A stretch of DNA of 64,000 nt from Chrysomallon squamiferum (GCA_012295275.1 CM022679.1:2604001-2668000); one strand, 5' to 3'; counted from the stretch's first letter, positions 16,329 to 31,387 are shown. Translations and numbers: made by a program. Notes: generated by a model not told the origin, from the sequence alone.

Positions 16329-17111
16329 TGGAATTATGCGTAGTACACCTGACAGTATATATAAATATACAGATAAAATATTTTACAGGTTCACATATAT
16401 TTGTATGTATTACCAACAACACAACAAACTTAATTAAAAATAATCAACAAATTAATATTGATTTGTCCAGGTTAATAATTAATGAACTAAACAACTTAAA
16501 TACAATAATAATAAAATAAAATGTAAACATAAATGAGAAATAATACAAATAATAATAATACTGTTAGTAACAGAAAATTTTAAAAACCTTTTAATGTCCA
16601 TAAATATACAGACAGGAAGAGAAGAAATAAAAGAATATATACATTATTTCTCTGTTCTCTGTGCATATTTATAGACACACACACACATATATAATGTATG
16701 AATTATAGAATGCTTTGTAACTGAAAAAATGCTATATTAAAATATAATATTTCAGAATTTAGTTATATAGAGAAGACAGGAGAAATTAATGAAAATTAAT
16801 TCATTACGTTTTTACGGGCAAGTTATAATCTTTTTATGAATTCACACTCATAATTAATCCATTGTTTTTTTTAAATAATTACAAAGGGCTGACAATCACA
16901 GTAGTCTAAGGTCAAATAAATAAGAAATGATTCTGGATCATGTATGGTCATGTTTTGAAATAATCTATCAGCACTTGATAATCCTAGTTCTAACTCACAT
17001 CAACCAAATTTTACTTCAGTATCTCCAAATTAGTTTTCTAAGAAACAAGTGTTCAAAGACAACACCAGTTCAAAGAGCTTCATAATAAACTCCATAATAA
17101 TTGTTATTATT

Positions 17112-17215
17112 GAAAAATGTTTTCAACAGTTTAAAAAATATTTTTAACAGTTTAAAAAAAATGTTTTCATCAGTTTAAAAAATATTTTTAACAGTTTAAA
17201 AAAAATGTTTTCATT
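17112..17215. repeat. Minisatellite, ~21-23-bp unit (aaaaatgttttcaacagttt)
   Basis: About 4.5 tandem units in an alternating pair. Confidence 0.8.
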
Positions 17216-20200
17216 GTTTTTAAGCCAGTTGAAGCCCTAATATGGATAATATAAAACAAAAGCATGTAATATGTTTAACATTAAAAAAGGAACAACAATA
17301 AAAGAAACATGTTATATCAGATGTGCTGAAAGCTACTGTCATGTAGCTTGTTTTCCCATGTCAGACCAGACTCTTTTTTTTTCTCACAACACCGAGGATA
17401 AATCTGCCATTATGCTTTTTCAAATGACACAGACTAAATACATATTCCTTTTCGACAAAAAGTAGGGTTTATTTTGAAATACAGAAAATAAACTTGATCA
17501 AATATCATAGCCTTTTTAATTTTTCTAATCATTAATGTGGCAGAATGAAATTTCACGAATTTAGAATTTGCATCTACACAATTTGCTATGTTAACAGCTA
17601 TGAATTAGGAAAACAAAATGGTTGCAGGACACAATCTGTGTTGTCAACAAAAGCAAACAACTGCAGACACATATCTTTCTACCTCATAATAAATGAACCA
17701 TAAACTGATTATTACTGAAAAAAATCTGTTTGAAAATTATTTTTATGTTTCTTGCAAAACAAATAAAAAATTAAAAGAAAGAACGTTTCACTGTAGAAAA
17801 TTAATGTATTAATATAATTAATAAATAGATTTAATGAACTGTCAGTATTAATGGAAATTAGTGCTAAAAATATTTTTTGACAGATTAGCAAAATTCCAAA
17901 ATGGTGTCCTTTGATAACTGAATACCAACAGCTCAAAGCAGATTAAAAGTTTAATTACCATTGCCAGCCAAACTGATAAAACTAACAGTGGTAAGTAGTG
18001 TCTACTGTCTGTACTGATTTACTGATCAGCTTCTTTATGAGGAATCAATTATGGCTTAAACAGTTTAAATGGATTTACATAGTTAAGGAACTTGTAGAAT
18101 GAGGGGGCCATGTTCTACAGTTATTACAAATTTAACTTCAGATTTAGCTGTTTGGATTCAAACACAACCAGAAAATACACAAACTCCATGTACTGTAAAT
18201 AAATATCCAATCACAACTGCCCCAACAAACTTTAAAGATCATTATTAGACTGCAAGAGTATTACAGAGTTAGAAATGACCAGATTTCAAAGGGTTAAAGC
18301 TTTTTTGTATCTAAATCCCCTGACAGCTAGTGTTTTAAAAATGTATGAACATATGATATAATGTAGAAATGTAGTCTTAATCATATAACAGAGTATGTTA
18401 ATATCATAAAGGATGACCATTTCCAAAATTGGTATTTTTTAACTTTTTCACATTTAATCTTAACCAAAATTAAAAATGTTTAATGAGTTGAAATATAAAA
18501 AATTGCACATAATATATAAAATATACTTAGAAGTTTTGATTTGTCAAATACCACTACAATGTAATGATAGTCATTTTGTAAATGCACAGTATGTGATGAA
18601 GTATAAATAAAGAATTGAAAGAAATTAATATTCATTTTTTTTCTCCTGCTGGTACAACAGGCCTTTCAAAAAAGGTCAAATTAACATCCTTCTTGAAGTG
18701 TCACAGGAGGAATACAGAGCAATATGTCTGGATAGCCTAGTATCATGTTTCAGACAAGATGAATAAACAAAATGTTTCATTGCTATGGTCAAATGCTAAT
18801 AAATTAGTGAACAAAATGAGTAAACTCCTGAACCAATAAAGATTTGGCACAAAATTTATCTTCAGAAACAGAAAGAAAACAATATTCTGATGTTTGATGT
18901 AGGAAATGCAGTCAGTCCTGACTGCAGGTTTGATCAGTGTAGACAGAGGTAAGCAAAGAGGTGATCAAAATATTTAGACTGTTAAAAAACATGTTGTTCC
19001 CTGAATGTATGAACAAAACAAAAAATGCAGCAGGATGAAATGAAGTTATCTGAAATAATATCTTTGGTTTCAATACAAACAAAATAAAAAACTGTTAAGA
19101 AACAAAAATAAAAATTCATTACAAATATAATAATACAAAAACGATGAGCAATTCAATAAATAGAGGTTGTGTATACTTGAAAGAAAGGACCAATATTAAT
19201 AATCTAATTAAGTCCTGATATACACATATATAATTATGTTGTAAGATATATTTAAATCAAACTTCAGAATTTTCTTTCATTTCAAATAAATGAATGGTCA
19301 TGTTAATAAAAACAATTTAGAAGTGGAAAAAATTCAATTCAACTGCAACATACTTTCTACATAAACTATTTCACACACAGAACATTCAGGTTTTTATCAG
19401 TGGATTTAATGGATGGAGTTTTACTGAGAAATAATAAAAGTTAAAGCTGAATACATTAAAAACATACAAAACAGTAAAATATCTTTGTTGTAGATTAGAG
19501 AAAAATAATATATTAATATTTGTCGTTGTTTCAGATGATATGATTACTTATTTCAAACTCAATAATAATAATATTTTGTTCTATCAAATATACTGAATGT
19601 CAGTAATCAAAGTTATAACTTCTAAAAATTAAAATATAACAATTAATTTGATTCTGACACTATAATTAAAAACGATTACATTGTGAACTTAAAACATTAC
19701 TTTTTTCCAAAACTTGTTTGTGTATTTATTAATCTTTTCACATGAAAACAGTTTGTAATTTTTGTAAAATATTAAAGAATTGTTGTTAAATAATTTAAAG
19801 CATTTGCTTACAATATTCACAAATCTATATTCTAAGAACCAATTTATGAATAGTTTTTTGAAAAATGTAATGGATTTTGGCATCAAATATAGTACATAAA
19901 TAAATTATAATGTAAAATCCCACCTTTTGAAACAGTCAAAATAGTAATACATATATGTATAAATGAAAAACAAAAAATAAACAAAATAATAAGTCAATAA
20001 ATAAATAGATTATACAGACATCTCAGACATCTCAAGAGTATTAACTAAATATTAACAAATTAATTAAAATAAATTGAGCTGAAATGTTAAAACATCAAAA
20101 CTGAGCATAAATATAATAAAAAAAATTGTGCTTTTTTGTAAATTTGTGATTTTTTCAATGAAAACATGGCTAACAATCTGCACATAAATCATGTAAGAAA

Positions 20201-20619
20201 CAAAACAGATTTTAAATACTGTCATGATTATAATAAATAAAAAATAATTAAATAAATATGCTGATTTCATTCATTGTCATAGCAATGATAAAAACAGAAA
20301 AGAAAAAAATATATATGTCAGTATAATATACAGGCAATAAATAAACAAAGAAGACAATGAAATAAATAACCTAACAAATAAATTAAAAGAAAAGAAAAAA
20401 CATATTTGTATATTTAAAAATGCATCTGTCTGCCTGTAGTTGACAAAATCATGATTTGTGTGGTTTTAAAACAAAACGCTGCTGTATAATTATAAATAAA
20501 GAACAACAACAGCAACAACAAAAAAAACTATAATAAATAAACAAAACAATTATAGCTGTTTCCCTGAAATAATCTGAGGGTACTGCACCTTACAGTTTCT
20601 AAATGAATGTTTTTGGATG

Positions 20620-22415
20620 TCACTCGTCTCTGATGTCGTAGAAACTGTTTGAGATGTTTCCAGCCAACATGGACGCCACTCCGTGATGGGTGATGGTGAT
20701 TTCTGCAGGGTGCTGTTCCCAGGGTTCTCCGTCAATCTGCATGGGTGCATTTCCACCTGTGAGGGTGATCTGAAAATAAAAATAATAAAAATTAAGTTTA
20801 TTTATCACTTCACTGCAGAATACTGTCATACTGAATAAATAAAAAAAACAGAGTGACAAGTTTTGATCTACAAGCCAAAAATATATCAGTGTAAAATCAT
20901 GAACTTTGAAAACTTCAAAAATAATAATAATAATAATAATAAAATAAAACAATATATTACTCTCACAAAATTTAACAATTACAGTTAAAGAAAAGAAATC
21001 CCAGATGATGATGCCCCTGGTATGTGCTTACAGCAGGATGCAAAATTTAATTTGAAAAATGAAGAGTCACTGGTGTATAATGAAGATTAGTGATTAGGTT
21101 TAATACAGAACAGCAGACAGCAGGATCAACACTAAGCAAGGTGTTGTCAGGTTATATTCCTTTCCAACCAACAAACTGAATATCAGTCATTTTAATAAAT
21201 GTCAGTGAGGAAACAATGAGGCAGATTAACTATTTTCTAATAACATCATTATTTTTTTTTTAATTATGATTACATATTTTAATTATAATTATTATTATTA
21301 TTTTGATTTTTTTTTTGCAAATACTTTAAAAGAAAATGTATGACTTAATGTATTGTTAATAATAACAACTATACAGGGCTGCTGTTAAGAAAATGTTAAT
21401 TCTGTGTTGTTTGTGAATGTTAAGACATACTTTGACTTTGCTGGCCTGACCAAGTCGTAGAGGTGATGCAAGACCAACTTGTAACTGTGCTATATGAAAA
21501 GAGGAGTAGAGAGCCATAACTTCCAACAAACCATCATCATATCTGAAAAACATTCAAGTATCATTATTGTAATAGCAGTTTGTAACATAATTATTAATAT
21601 TAATTTGAAAAACATACAAGTGTTGTTAATATAGTAACTAAACAGTTTGTAACATTAATTTGAAAGTATTGTTAATGTAACAATGTAATAGTTTATAACT
21701 CAAGTTCACACATTAATTTGAAAAGCATATAAGAAATGTTTATGTAATAACTAAATTGTCTGTAACATAACTATCAACAACATTTATTTGAAAAACATGC
21801 AAGTATTGTTAATGAAACAACTAAATAGCTTGTAACATAATTATCAAACTCAAATACAAACTTGAAACATAAAATGGTTTCAACCGGTTAAACTCTTCAA
21901 CATGTCTGATTTTTCTGCATTAAGTAATCTACTTTTACTTATATTACTAGACAAAACCAGGTTAGCATCACATTTCACAATAGTAAAATATAAATAAAGG
22001 GAGTTAATTCATGGCACTGCATTAAAATATTTCTTATCCAATTTGATGATATATAATATAGTTGTTTCATTTATTTTTTTATTATTATTTTATTTTTTTT
22101 CCAATTTTAAAATGTTCAAGCTAGACTATTAATTATTTTAAATGTCACTCACTTATATTTACCACTATTTTAATATGTTCACCCATCATGTTTCCATTTA
22201 TTTTAATAAATATTCCATTTAATATTTATATTCCATTTTACTAATTTTTTGTATAAATATATAAAATATCCAATTCAAAATTATTAAGTTCAGATTATTT
22301 ATGAAAAATTCAATATAAAATGTTTTATAAATAAAATTATTTAACTGTTCAGATTAACAATTTGTGTTGAATTAAACATTTGCTTTATGTTAGACACACA
22401 TAAATAAGACACATG

Positions 22416-22451
<36 letters not shown>

Positions 22452-25400
22452 CCTAGCTGGTCGGAAGATTTTTTCATCATTTGCAAGATCCCAGGGCCGA
22501 CATCCCCCTCCCCAGCTGGCAATGTTTAGAACAACCAAACCTTCAATCTCTGGTAAATAAATTTCTTCATCATCAAGTTCTACCTGTAAAGAAAAATTAA
22601 AAATAAATAAAAATAATTAGAAGTAAAACAATTATCAAAAATATAAATTAGAATGTCATTTTTATGAATAAATGTAAATGTTTATCAAAAATCAAAAAAA
22701 TCAATTAAAATCAAATTAAATTAAATTCTAACAAATCATATTAGTTTATCCAGTAAATATAATATTATTATTTTTATTATTATTTTAATACTAATAATAA
22801 AAAAAACCACACTTTAAAAACAAACATTTTGTACAATAAAAACCATTTTCATACCTCTATATAACTCAACAGCCAAACTGTTTTGCATTCTTGGGTGTTG
22901 TTAAACATTCATTCATTCATTCCATGCTGTACAGTTAATTTCTAAAACTCAGTTCTTTCAATATCTACAACAATGACATAAATAATTTAACTTACCTTTA
23001 ATTTTTTATGAAGATTCTTACATTCTCGTTCCAAAACATCCTTAGTTCCATAAGTGAAGTAACAGAACTGAAATAAAATACTAAATAAATTATTTTATAT
23101 TTTAAGTCAAGAAATCCTGAAAATCCAGAAATTCAGTCAATCTCCAACTCAGTTTGCATAATAAATGATCTTGTACAGGTACACAAAATATGTTTAACAA
23201 TTAGCACTGCTAATAGTAGAGGTGTATTTAAAATACTACAAATGGAAGTAAACAAAATATATGTAGAATGCTTATTAGCACAAGACAATTAGAAAAGATA
23301 TTTAAAACTGTAAAAATATAGAAAGTGCAAACCTTATTAACAAATCTGTTGGCAAACAGCCATGGTGTACTTTCTCTTCGTTTGTGGAAATTCAAAGTGA
23401 CTAGAGCATCAACACCCAGTGAAACATAATTATTCATAATGAATTCCTGAAATGTGACAATATAATAATTAATTACAAAGATATTAAGTGTTCAATCTGT
23501 TGATTATGCTAAAATATTTTCTATTTGTTTGAGGCCAGTGGATCACAGTCAACAAAAAGCAATTATTCATAATAAATTCCTGAAATATAAAATATTTGTT
23601 ATAACAATATCAACATAAACTATTAATTATAAAAATATTTAGGAGCATAATTTATTGATTATACTAAAGAATTTGATTAAATTTCACTGTTGTTAATCAA
23701 TCATACCAAAGTCTATTTCAGTTGTAAGAAATAAGAAAAATTCATGTCTGTATTAGCTTATATTAAAGTATTTACTGTATAGATATTCTGAAGAAACTTA
23801 CCTTATTTGATCTAGTGATTAATAAATGTTTCTCATGAACAATGCTGATCTTCCATCTATACAAAAAAATAAAGATAATAATAAATACTAATATTATAAT
23901 AATTATAATATATATATATATATAATACTTAACAATAATAACAATAATAATAACAGTAACAGCAGTAGCAATAATATAGTAATTATTATTATAATAATAC
24001 AGTACAAACACTAATTAGTAATAATGATAGCAGTAGTAAAAACATTAATTCTAAAATTAACATAATAATAGAGAAAAAGTAACCAAAATAAAAAGTAAAA
24101 TACAAAATTAAACATTGTGATTTTAAATTAAAAGAGTTACCTGTCAAGGAACACCGGTTTTGACCACTTCAACTGGTCAAGAACATCGGTCACTTCTACT
24201 GACCCTGTGTACCCATCTCCCCACCCCAGGACCCTAGACAAATCATTACCAGTCCCTAGTGGCAGGATGCACACTTGGGGAGGGTTCTGAAAAAAATAAA
24301 ATACTACTACTAATAATAATAACTTAACATTTATTTATATTAAAATGTATTAATTTTATTATCTATATTATTATTGTTGTTGTTGATGTTGTAGCAAATA
24401 ATTATCGTCTTAATAAACCATTGTTTTAACATCTCTTGTTTCAACAGAATACACAGTTAATATTAGAAAATAATATGGAAAATGAAGTGAAATTTCAACT
24501 GAAAATTATATTTTTATTAACACTATTACAGCATTAGTGAAATAAACAAAAATGTTAATTATGATTTCATGTACTAATAAATCAAGATTAATATAAATTG
24601 AAATGTACTTACGGCATAATGATTTAAATATAATTTAATGAACAACACACTTGTGTTAATGATTAAAACATGTTCCATAATTAAATTTCTATGGTTTTTG
24701 AATCCAATTAAATTAATTCCTAAAGTTAATAAATGACAAGCATTTATACACACAAGACAGAAAGAGAGAGTAAAAAAGAAAATGCCTAGAGAAAGAAAGT
24801 TATAAAAAATGATAGAAAAAAAGAGCTAAATATACAAAATAATATTTTCATTGTTGTAGATTACATACTGCCAGTTCTAACTTCTCTATGGCATACAGCA
24901 CCCAGCCAACAGTCCCATCTCCCCCACAGACCAATACCCGCACTTTAACATCTGTCACCAGATGGCACCACTCTAAACAGTTTTCTGGTGGAATATCTTG
25001 AAGATCTATAACCTGAAAATTATAACAAAAAAGTGTTAGTTTCAACCCATACAGCAATTGTTTGCAGACTGTTTAGAAGATACATTTTTCTAATAAAAGT
25101 TTGTAGATAAATGTATCTAAGTAGAAGTCAGTAGATTGTGTGTGTGTCATTGCATGTGTGTGTCTGTGTGTTCACATAGGTTTTAGTAGCTAAAATTGCC
25201 AAGAAATAATTTAACAGATAAATACAACAGTATAAATTTTGTAGATAAATGTATATAATAATATAGCCTAAGATTTAGTACATAAATATACTTGTGAAAT
25301 GAAGATGAAATGTATAATATAAATTTACCTGAGTAGGATTTAGAATTGCTCGGAATGCTCTCAGCAGATGCTGCCCGTCGTTGTTACCACTTTTACTGTT

Positions 25401-26006
25401 TGCCAACACAACGAGCGGACTCCACTGATTCAGTGGAGGTTTCTTCACCGACTTGACAACCAGACGTCTCCGTCCCCGCGGCCCCGTCCACTCGAGTTCG
25501 AGACACGTCGGAGGAACGATTTCAGCCTTGTATTTACCAAGATCACACAGAGTTGTTTCTGCACTACACTTGTCATGCACCGTCGTCTGACACCAACAGC
25601 ATCTACGATCACACAGCTCGGGCATCATGCCACAGTCATCACTACAGACGTCACACTTGATGCCCATCGGAAGGTTTCCTCTCACCCAGTGGTGCTGCAT
25701 CGCCTCCCCACAGGCGGAGCATGGAGCTTTGCAAGAAATCGTCTTGTTAGCTTCTTTCATGTTGTGGTCATCAACTCGGATGCCACATGACTCACACTGG
25801 GCTCCATGAATGATCTGGTAACCCCCCACGTTGCAGAAAGTGGGTTGGGAAAAAGAATCCACCATGAACCAGCGGTGACCTTCTCTGATGTCTGGGGCAG
25901 GTACTTCATAGTGACGCAGACGAAACTGGCGGTGGATTCGGGATAAAAAAATAATAACAGCTATTGCGGTCATCATCATTAGTACATTCCATAATGTTGG
26001 ATCCAT
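20620..26006 (-). CDS. DGKE: Diacylglycerol kinase epsilon
   Basis: Coding exons 26006-25329, 25012-24869, 24286-24141, 23856-23802, 23446-23333, 23067-22996, 22583-22453, 21542-21431, 20769-20620, all phase-consistent. N-terminal hydrophobic segment, two C1 domains (HRW...C; HHWVRGNL...CCWCQ), [52 protein letters not shown]. Confidence 0.95.
21545..21860. repeat. Degenerate ~55-70-bp minisatellite in a DGKE intron
   Basis: Recurring unit attaatttgaaaaacat-caagtattgttaat-aactaaa-agtttgtaacataattat, about 5 copies. Confidence 0.65.
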
Positions 26007-26988
26007 AAGCTAAAAATACATTAAAATTAAAATGTCATAAAAAATGCTGTTTAATCCACTTCAGTTTTACCATTATATATTTAAGAACACCATATACTAT
26101 TTTTTTACTTTTTTTTTTTAAATAAAAATAAAATTCCTGACTGATAATAAATTACAACACAAAAGAAAAACTGATGTACCTATTCTGTTTAAAAACCAAT
26201 TAATACAAGAAACAACAAACTCTCTTCAGAAGATATTCTTGTCAGGTTTTCTAACCAGTTTACAGCTATTTTCACTCAACACAAAACAATGTTAAAATAA
26301 TGAAATTCTTAAAAGACTGGTGCTATATCACACACTGCTCTGATCTGCAGTTTAATTAATGTAACTTTTTAATATCTCTAGCTATTGATATATTATTTAT
26401 GCACAATGTATGTATTTTGTAGTTACCTTTGGCAGCTACATTTGCATCTGTTTAAGAACAACTAATTTGAATAATATACATCCATCAAAGTTGATTATTA
26501 CAGTATTATGTATCTTTTTTCTTTTTTTTTAATCATTCTATACTTCAGATTATGATCTGAATATAAATACAGTTCAAATCAGCTCAGTGTAAATCCCTAA
26601 TCATAATAGAATATTAATATTGTATATTAATTTTTATTACATTTTTTATGTTATTTTTAAAATAATATTGGTCTTAGTACAAAATAAATGGGTATAAAAT
26701 TAAATATATAAATTATAATTATTAATAAAATCAGAAAAAAATAATTGTCGTTATCTTTTTAAGTATGATTATCACTACTCAATACTGCAATCATTAAAGT
26801 TTAAAGTGATTAATGTAGAGCTGCATATCAGTTATCATGTCTCATTCATTGAAGTATGACTATTGACTAAGCATTATAATTTGAAGTATTACAATTTACA
26901 GCTGTCAGAGTTTTATCTGCTAAAAATAGTAAAATCCTGAATACGTCAGTAGCTTTTCGCAATAATTCGGTATTAAATTTTTCTACAT

Positions 26989-27089
<101 letters not shown>

Positions 27090-28164
27090 TAATGCACGAA
27101 ACGAAAATCTAAATTTTTTTAAAGCTAATAAAAATATTTAAGCAAAACAAAAAGTATACCTGATTATCACCTAAGGATTTAACCATGTGTTAAAGTGATG
27201 GATATAAGTATGTGTGTTTTTGCATACGTGTATTCATTTAATTTGTGCATTTATCTATCGTCGATGATAAAAACTTAAAGATACGAAAACGAAACCATAA
27301 TTTCTAATTGTTGCGTTGAATCTAGTTTTAATGTAGGACTGGTTCCCGCCGATAATGTTAAATAATAATAATTTTTGTGACCTTGAACTTGGTTCGTAAA
27401 ATCTAAATACAGTATACTGAAATTACAGAATAAAACGTATAAGCGGGAGGCAGACGTTACTCACCTGTTATTATTATTACTTTTGAGGATAGGGATTCTA
27501 AACAACAACAACAATAATAATAATTTGAAGTATTAGTAGATGAATAAAATTTAAAAGCAATTAATGCAATATATATGTTACATTTATATTTGTATTTTTA
27601 TCTTAAAAGATGACTAATAAAAATCAGTCCAGTGCACCTAACCTTTAGTTAATTACTGAGTTTATAAATTCTATATTAATTTAAATATTTAATTTTTTCT
27701 GCTTAAAAAAAAAAAAAAATAATAATTGTTTTTAAAGTACAATCTGTAAATTATCTCAAGAACAAACTTAAAAGGGTAGTTTAAAAAAATAAATAAATAA
27801 AATGTATACTTGATCTCCTGAAAAATCATTACATAACTTTATAACAGTCGGGCCGAGTATATGGTTCCAGGATCTACCTCCACCAGTTGTGCCAAAAAAA
27901 CCCAACAAAAACCCCCAAAACAAAACAAAAAACGGAATCAAATAATTTTTAAAAAAAACACCCAAAAGAGTATACCTACATACCGATAACACACCTGTTT
28001 TCGGTAGCTGTCTTTCTGAACTAGCAAATGACAGTTACAGCACTTCACAATGCATAGTGTGCACAGCATAAAATGACAACGATAATTTAATTTATTATTT
28101 GTAAACATATGTACGGCTGTCGAGTTTATTAAGTATATCTACCAACATAACATAATTATCAGGT

Positions 28165-28178
28165 CTGTTACGTAACAG
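28165..28178. promoter_or_regulatory. Palindromic PAR-bZIP/D-box site CTGTTACGTAACAG
   Basis: Perfect GTTACGTAAC core in a 14-bp palindrome, in the DGKE-HELT intergenic region. Confidence 0.4.
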
Positions 28179-28540
28179 CTATAAACAACACAATCGATGT
28201 TTTAATATAACGAACACATCATCTTGAGTGTCAAATTCATTATGATGTTGTTTATCCTTTTATGAATGTGTCCTTCATTATTAACTTCAGTAAACTATGC
28301 TATTTTGAGGTGGAGGTTAAAATTATTTATAACCAAAACTGCTGTTATTTTGTAAATGTAAGAAATAAAACGAAAAAAAAAACAGTTTATATTAAAAATT
28401 GCCATGTCTAACCCAAATTTCAAACAAAATAACAGTAATGTAAATTCAAAACTTGTACTGTATCAAATAATTTTAATAGCATACTTAAACAAATATAGGT
28501 AGGTAGGTGTAAAAGGTATAAATCCGTTTTCAAATATAGA

Positions 28541-28583
<43 letters not shown>

Positions 28584-29892
28584 AATCTCTCTCTCTCTCT
28601 CTCTCTCTCAGAAAGGATGATTTTTCAATATATTCTTGAAATTCAGCAGCAAAGAAATGTGCTTTTTTAAATGCTGTTTGTTTATTAAATATTTCCCCCA
28701 GAAATTAGGTAAAAAACGTGCGGATAATATCATTAATGATAATGCATTTATTGTACTGACTGATAATTTTATTGATTGTTAATTTTTGTTGTTGTTGTTG
28801 TTGTTTTGTTTGTATAACATGGAAAAGACATTCTGCTGCCGCCATTCCATCGGCTACACTTTTAAATTTGCAGCGAAGTGTCTGTTACGTTCACCCTCCC
28901 AAAATTTCTCTCTCGTTTCTGCCTTTGGGCCACTCTCCTACTTCAGTCAGTATTGCGTGACTTATAATTAAACCATGTTTTTTTTTTCCTATGCAAAGGT
29001 GCTTATGAACAATGACCAATTTGGTGAATATGCTACCCCAAATTTAAGTTTCCAGTTTCTTTATTTGTATAATAATCAAAATTTATAGCAATTAAATATG
29101 TCTTGTTTATTTTGTATAATTATACATGCATATTTTATTCAACTCTCAGAGTTTACAATTTTTTTTTTTGTCTCGGACTGTTCTGCAGCCTCTGTCACCC
29201 TGCTTCTCAAACTCAGTCTCTGCGATATTATCACATCCCTAGTTTCTAAAACTAATCTCTACAGCTGCTTACCTTTCTTGGTTGTAACAGAAACAGACTG
29301 TCGTATGGTATTAACAAGTCTTCTCTGTCTTTAAGAAATCATTAACCATGAACTATATTTAACACACAAACAAAAAACATATAAATAATGACAAATAAAA
29401 TAAGAAAAAAAAAAAGTAGAATTCTGATTGTAATTAACCTTGCGATCTGACATGTCTGAAGACTGCACATCTGGCAATCCACTTGTTTTTTGTTTTTGTT
29501 TTTTTGTTGTTATTTTCTAGTCTTTCTTTTTTCTTTTTCTTTCATGTTTTTGCTCTTTACGATAAACTTCTCAAAGATTATATCCGCCTTTATTTTTCTT
29601 AAATCCTGATAATACATTTTTTTTATTTTTTATTTTTTTAAATCGTTTTCCTTATTTTCTTTGAAGCTTATGTAAGAGGTTGCTATGTCAGACTAACTTC
29701 TTTCAATTAAAACATTTTCAATATCAGTAAAAAAATTAAAAATTATTTTTGCTTTCAAATTTTAAATTTCCAACCACATTTTAATTTTATTTTTATTTTT
29801 TATTTTTTTTTTTATTATATTTTTTTTTTACCTGAAACACTATTTTCTATGAAAACACGCCTTGCGCCTTGGTCGGGTGACTGCCATTAAGT

Positions 29893-30130
29893 GGCACGTG
29901 ACTCGTATCTAGCGGCTGCCGTTAATGAAGACGCTGGCAGCCGACTAGTGGCAGAGCGTGATGGTCACGCGACGGCACGTGCCGTTTTTTTGTGCCAGAA
30001 GCTATCGGGGAGGTGGATCAGCACCAAACTGTGCTGGTTCCACGCAACAAAATATAAGTCACGTGTACGGATAAAATACATCTCGTGTTCTAAGGCAGGC
30101 TCATGCACGGCTTCCTTGTCGGTCACGTGG
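29893..30130. promoter_or_regulatory. E-box cluster upstream of HELT
   Basis: CACGTG at 29895, 29976, 30060, 30124; CACGCG at 29966; N-box CTCGTG at 30082; CpG-rich island. Confidence 0.7.
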
Positions 30131-30488
30131 CGAGAAACAGAAGGCGCTGCCGTTGGTCGGCTGACTTCCGCAACATCCCAGAAAGTCGTTATCAAGTAAT
30201 GCATAATTAGTTTGATCTAGCGAGTAATAAGGCAACACAAACTGACTCACTCTTCAAAAACTGTCTTTTGCCCAACGAGTTGCCAGGAGACATCTTTGTC
30301 GAGTCTCTATAAACGTAGACGTCGCTCCATCTCCTCAGTTTTGGATGGATTTCAGAAGCGGTTGCATGGAAGTGAGTTGTGGTCCTTGATTTACTATCAA
30401 GAAATAACAAATATATAAAACATAGTTATTATTTGTTTGGGTCTGTTAAACTGTGAATAAATAAGGCAGTTATTAAGCTTAGACTACG

Positions 30489-30498
30489 TATATAAAAG
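30489..30498 (+). promoter_or_regulatory. TATA box of HELT
   Basis: TATATAAAAG ~110 bp upstream of the ATG, with an Inr-like gcagt ~30 bp downstream. Confidence 0.55.
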
Positions 30499-30607
30499 AA
30501 GTGAATTTTCATATACAGCAGTCTGGCGTCAGACCAAAACGGAACATGTCTTCTTGAACGCAATCAGAAGATTAGATCCAAGAACGTCTGGTACTCCAAC
30601 CATTGTC

Positions 30608-30735
30608 ATGGAGAGTTCAGTGCCGAGGAAAGATAAGCAAGTAAGTAACATTAATATACCTATTACTTTCCTTTCATTTTAACATTAATAAACAATTCAT
30701 TATTACTCCCATTTAATATTCTCTATTAAATGTTC

Positions 30736-30767
<32 letters not shown>

Positions 30768-31301
30768 CTTTTGATTTTTTTTTTTCCTGGAATTTTTTTT
30801 TTTATTTTTTTTTATTTTTTTATTTGTTCTTAAGTTCAGAAAAAAAAAAAAAAAAAAGTCAAATTCAAACATTTAATAATGATTTCTAATGTAATTTTTA
30901 TACAACCACTAATTACAATATTACCGCCAATACGACTTTTATTACAGCGATATTATAATTATCATGTGTATTATTATAACATCATTATTGTTATTATAAG
31001 TATTATTTTTATCATCATCATCATCATTATTATTATTATTATTAATACTATAACTGCAGCGACCACTACTACTGATGTAGTTTGATATATTATTATAATG
31101 TGAACATGTTATTCATTTCTTTATTCTATTTCTTTATTTCATTCATTCATTCAAGGACCAGGCCTCTCACAAGGTGATTGAGAAAAGACGACGTGACAGG
31201 ATAAACAGTTGTCTAACAGAGCTGAGCCAAACCGTGCCACCTGCTTTCGCCAAACAGGTACAGTTTTAATGTGTTTATATGTACGTATGTTAGTATGTGT
31301 A

Positions 31302-31387
<86 letters not shown>

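Noticed and set aside
21000-21075. Possible intronic C/D snoRNA (ATGATGA near 21005)
   Set aside because: No properly placed CTGA D box; not supportable.
17112-21860. CRISPR-like reading of the short repeats
   Set aside because: Degenerate tandem minisatellites without unique spacers, in a eukaryotic context.
25368-25809. 140-aa and 60-aa plus-strand ORFs
   Set aside because: Antisense shadows of the GC-rich first DGKE coding exon; no independent motifs.
29160-29335. Possible non-LTR retroelement C-terminal remnant (…RVTEAAEQS)
   Set aside because: Similarity too weak to support without a search.
29891-30410. ORFs of 67-102 aa upstream of HELT
   Set aside because: No recognisable domain or splice support; open because of the GC-rich regulatory island.
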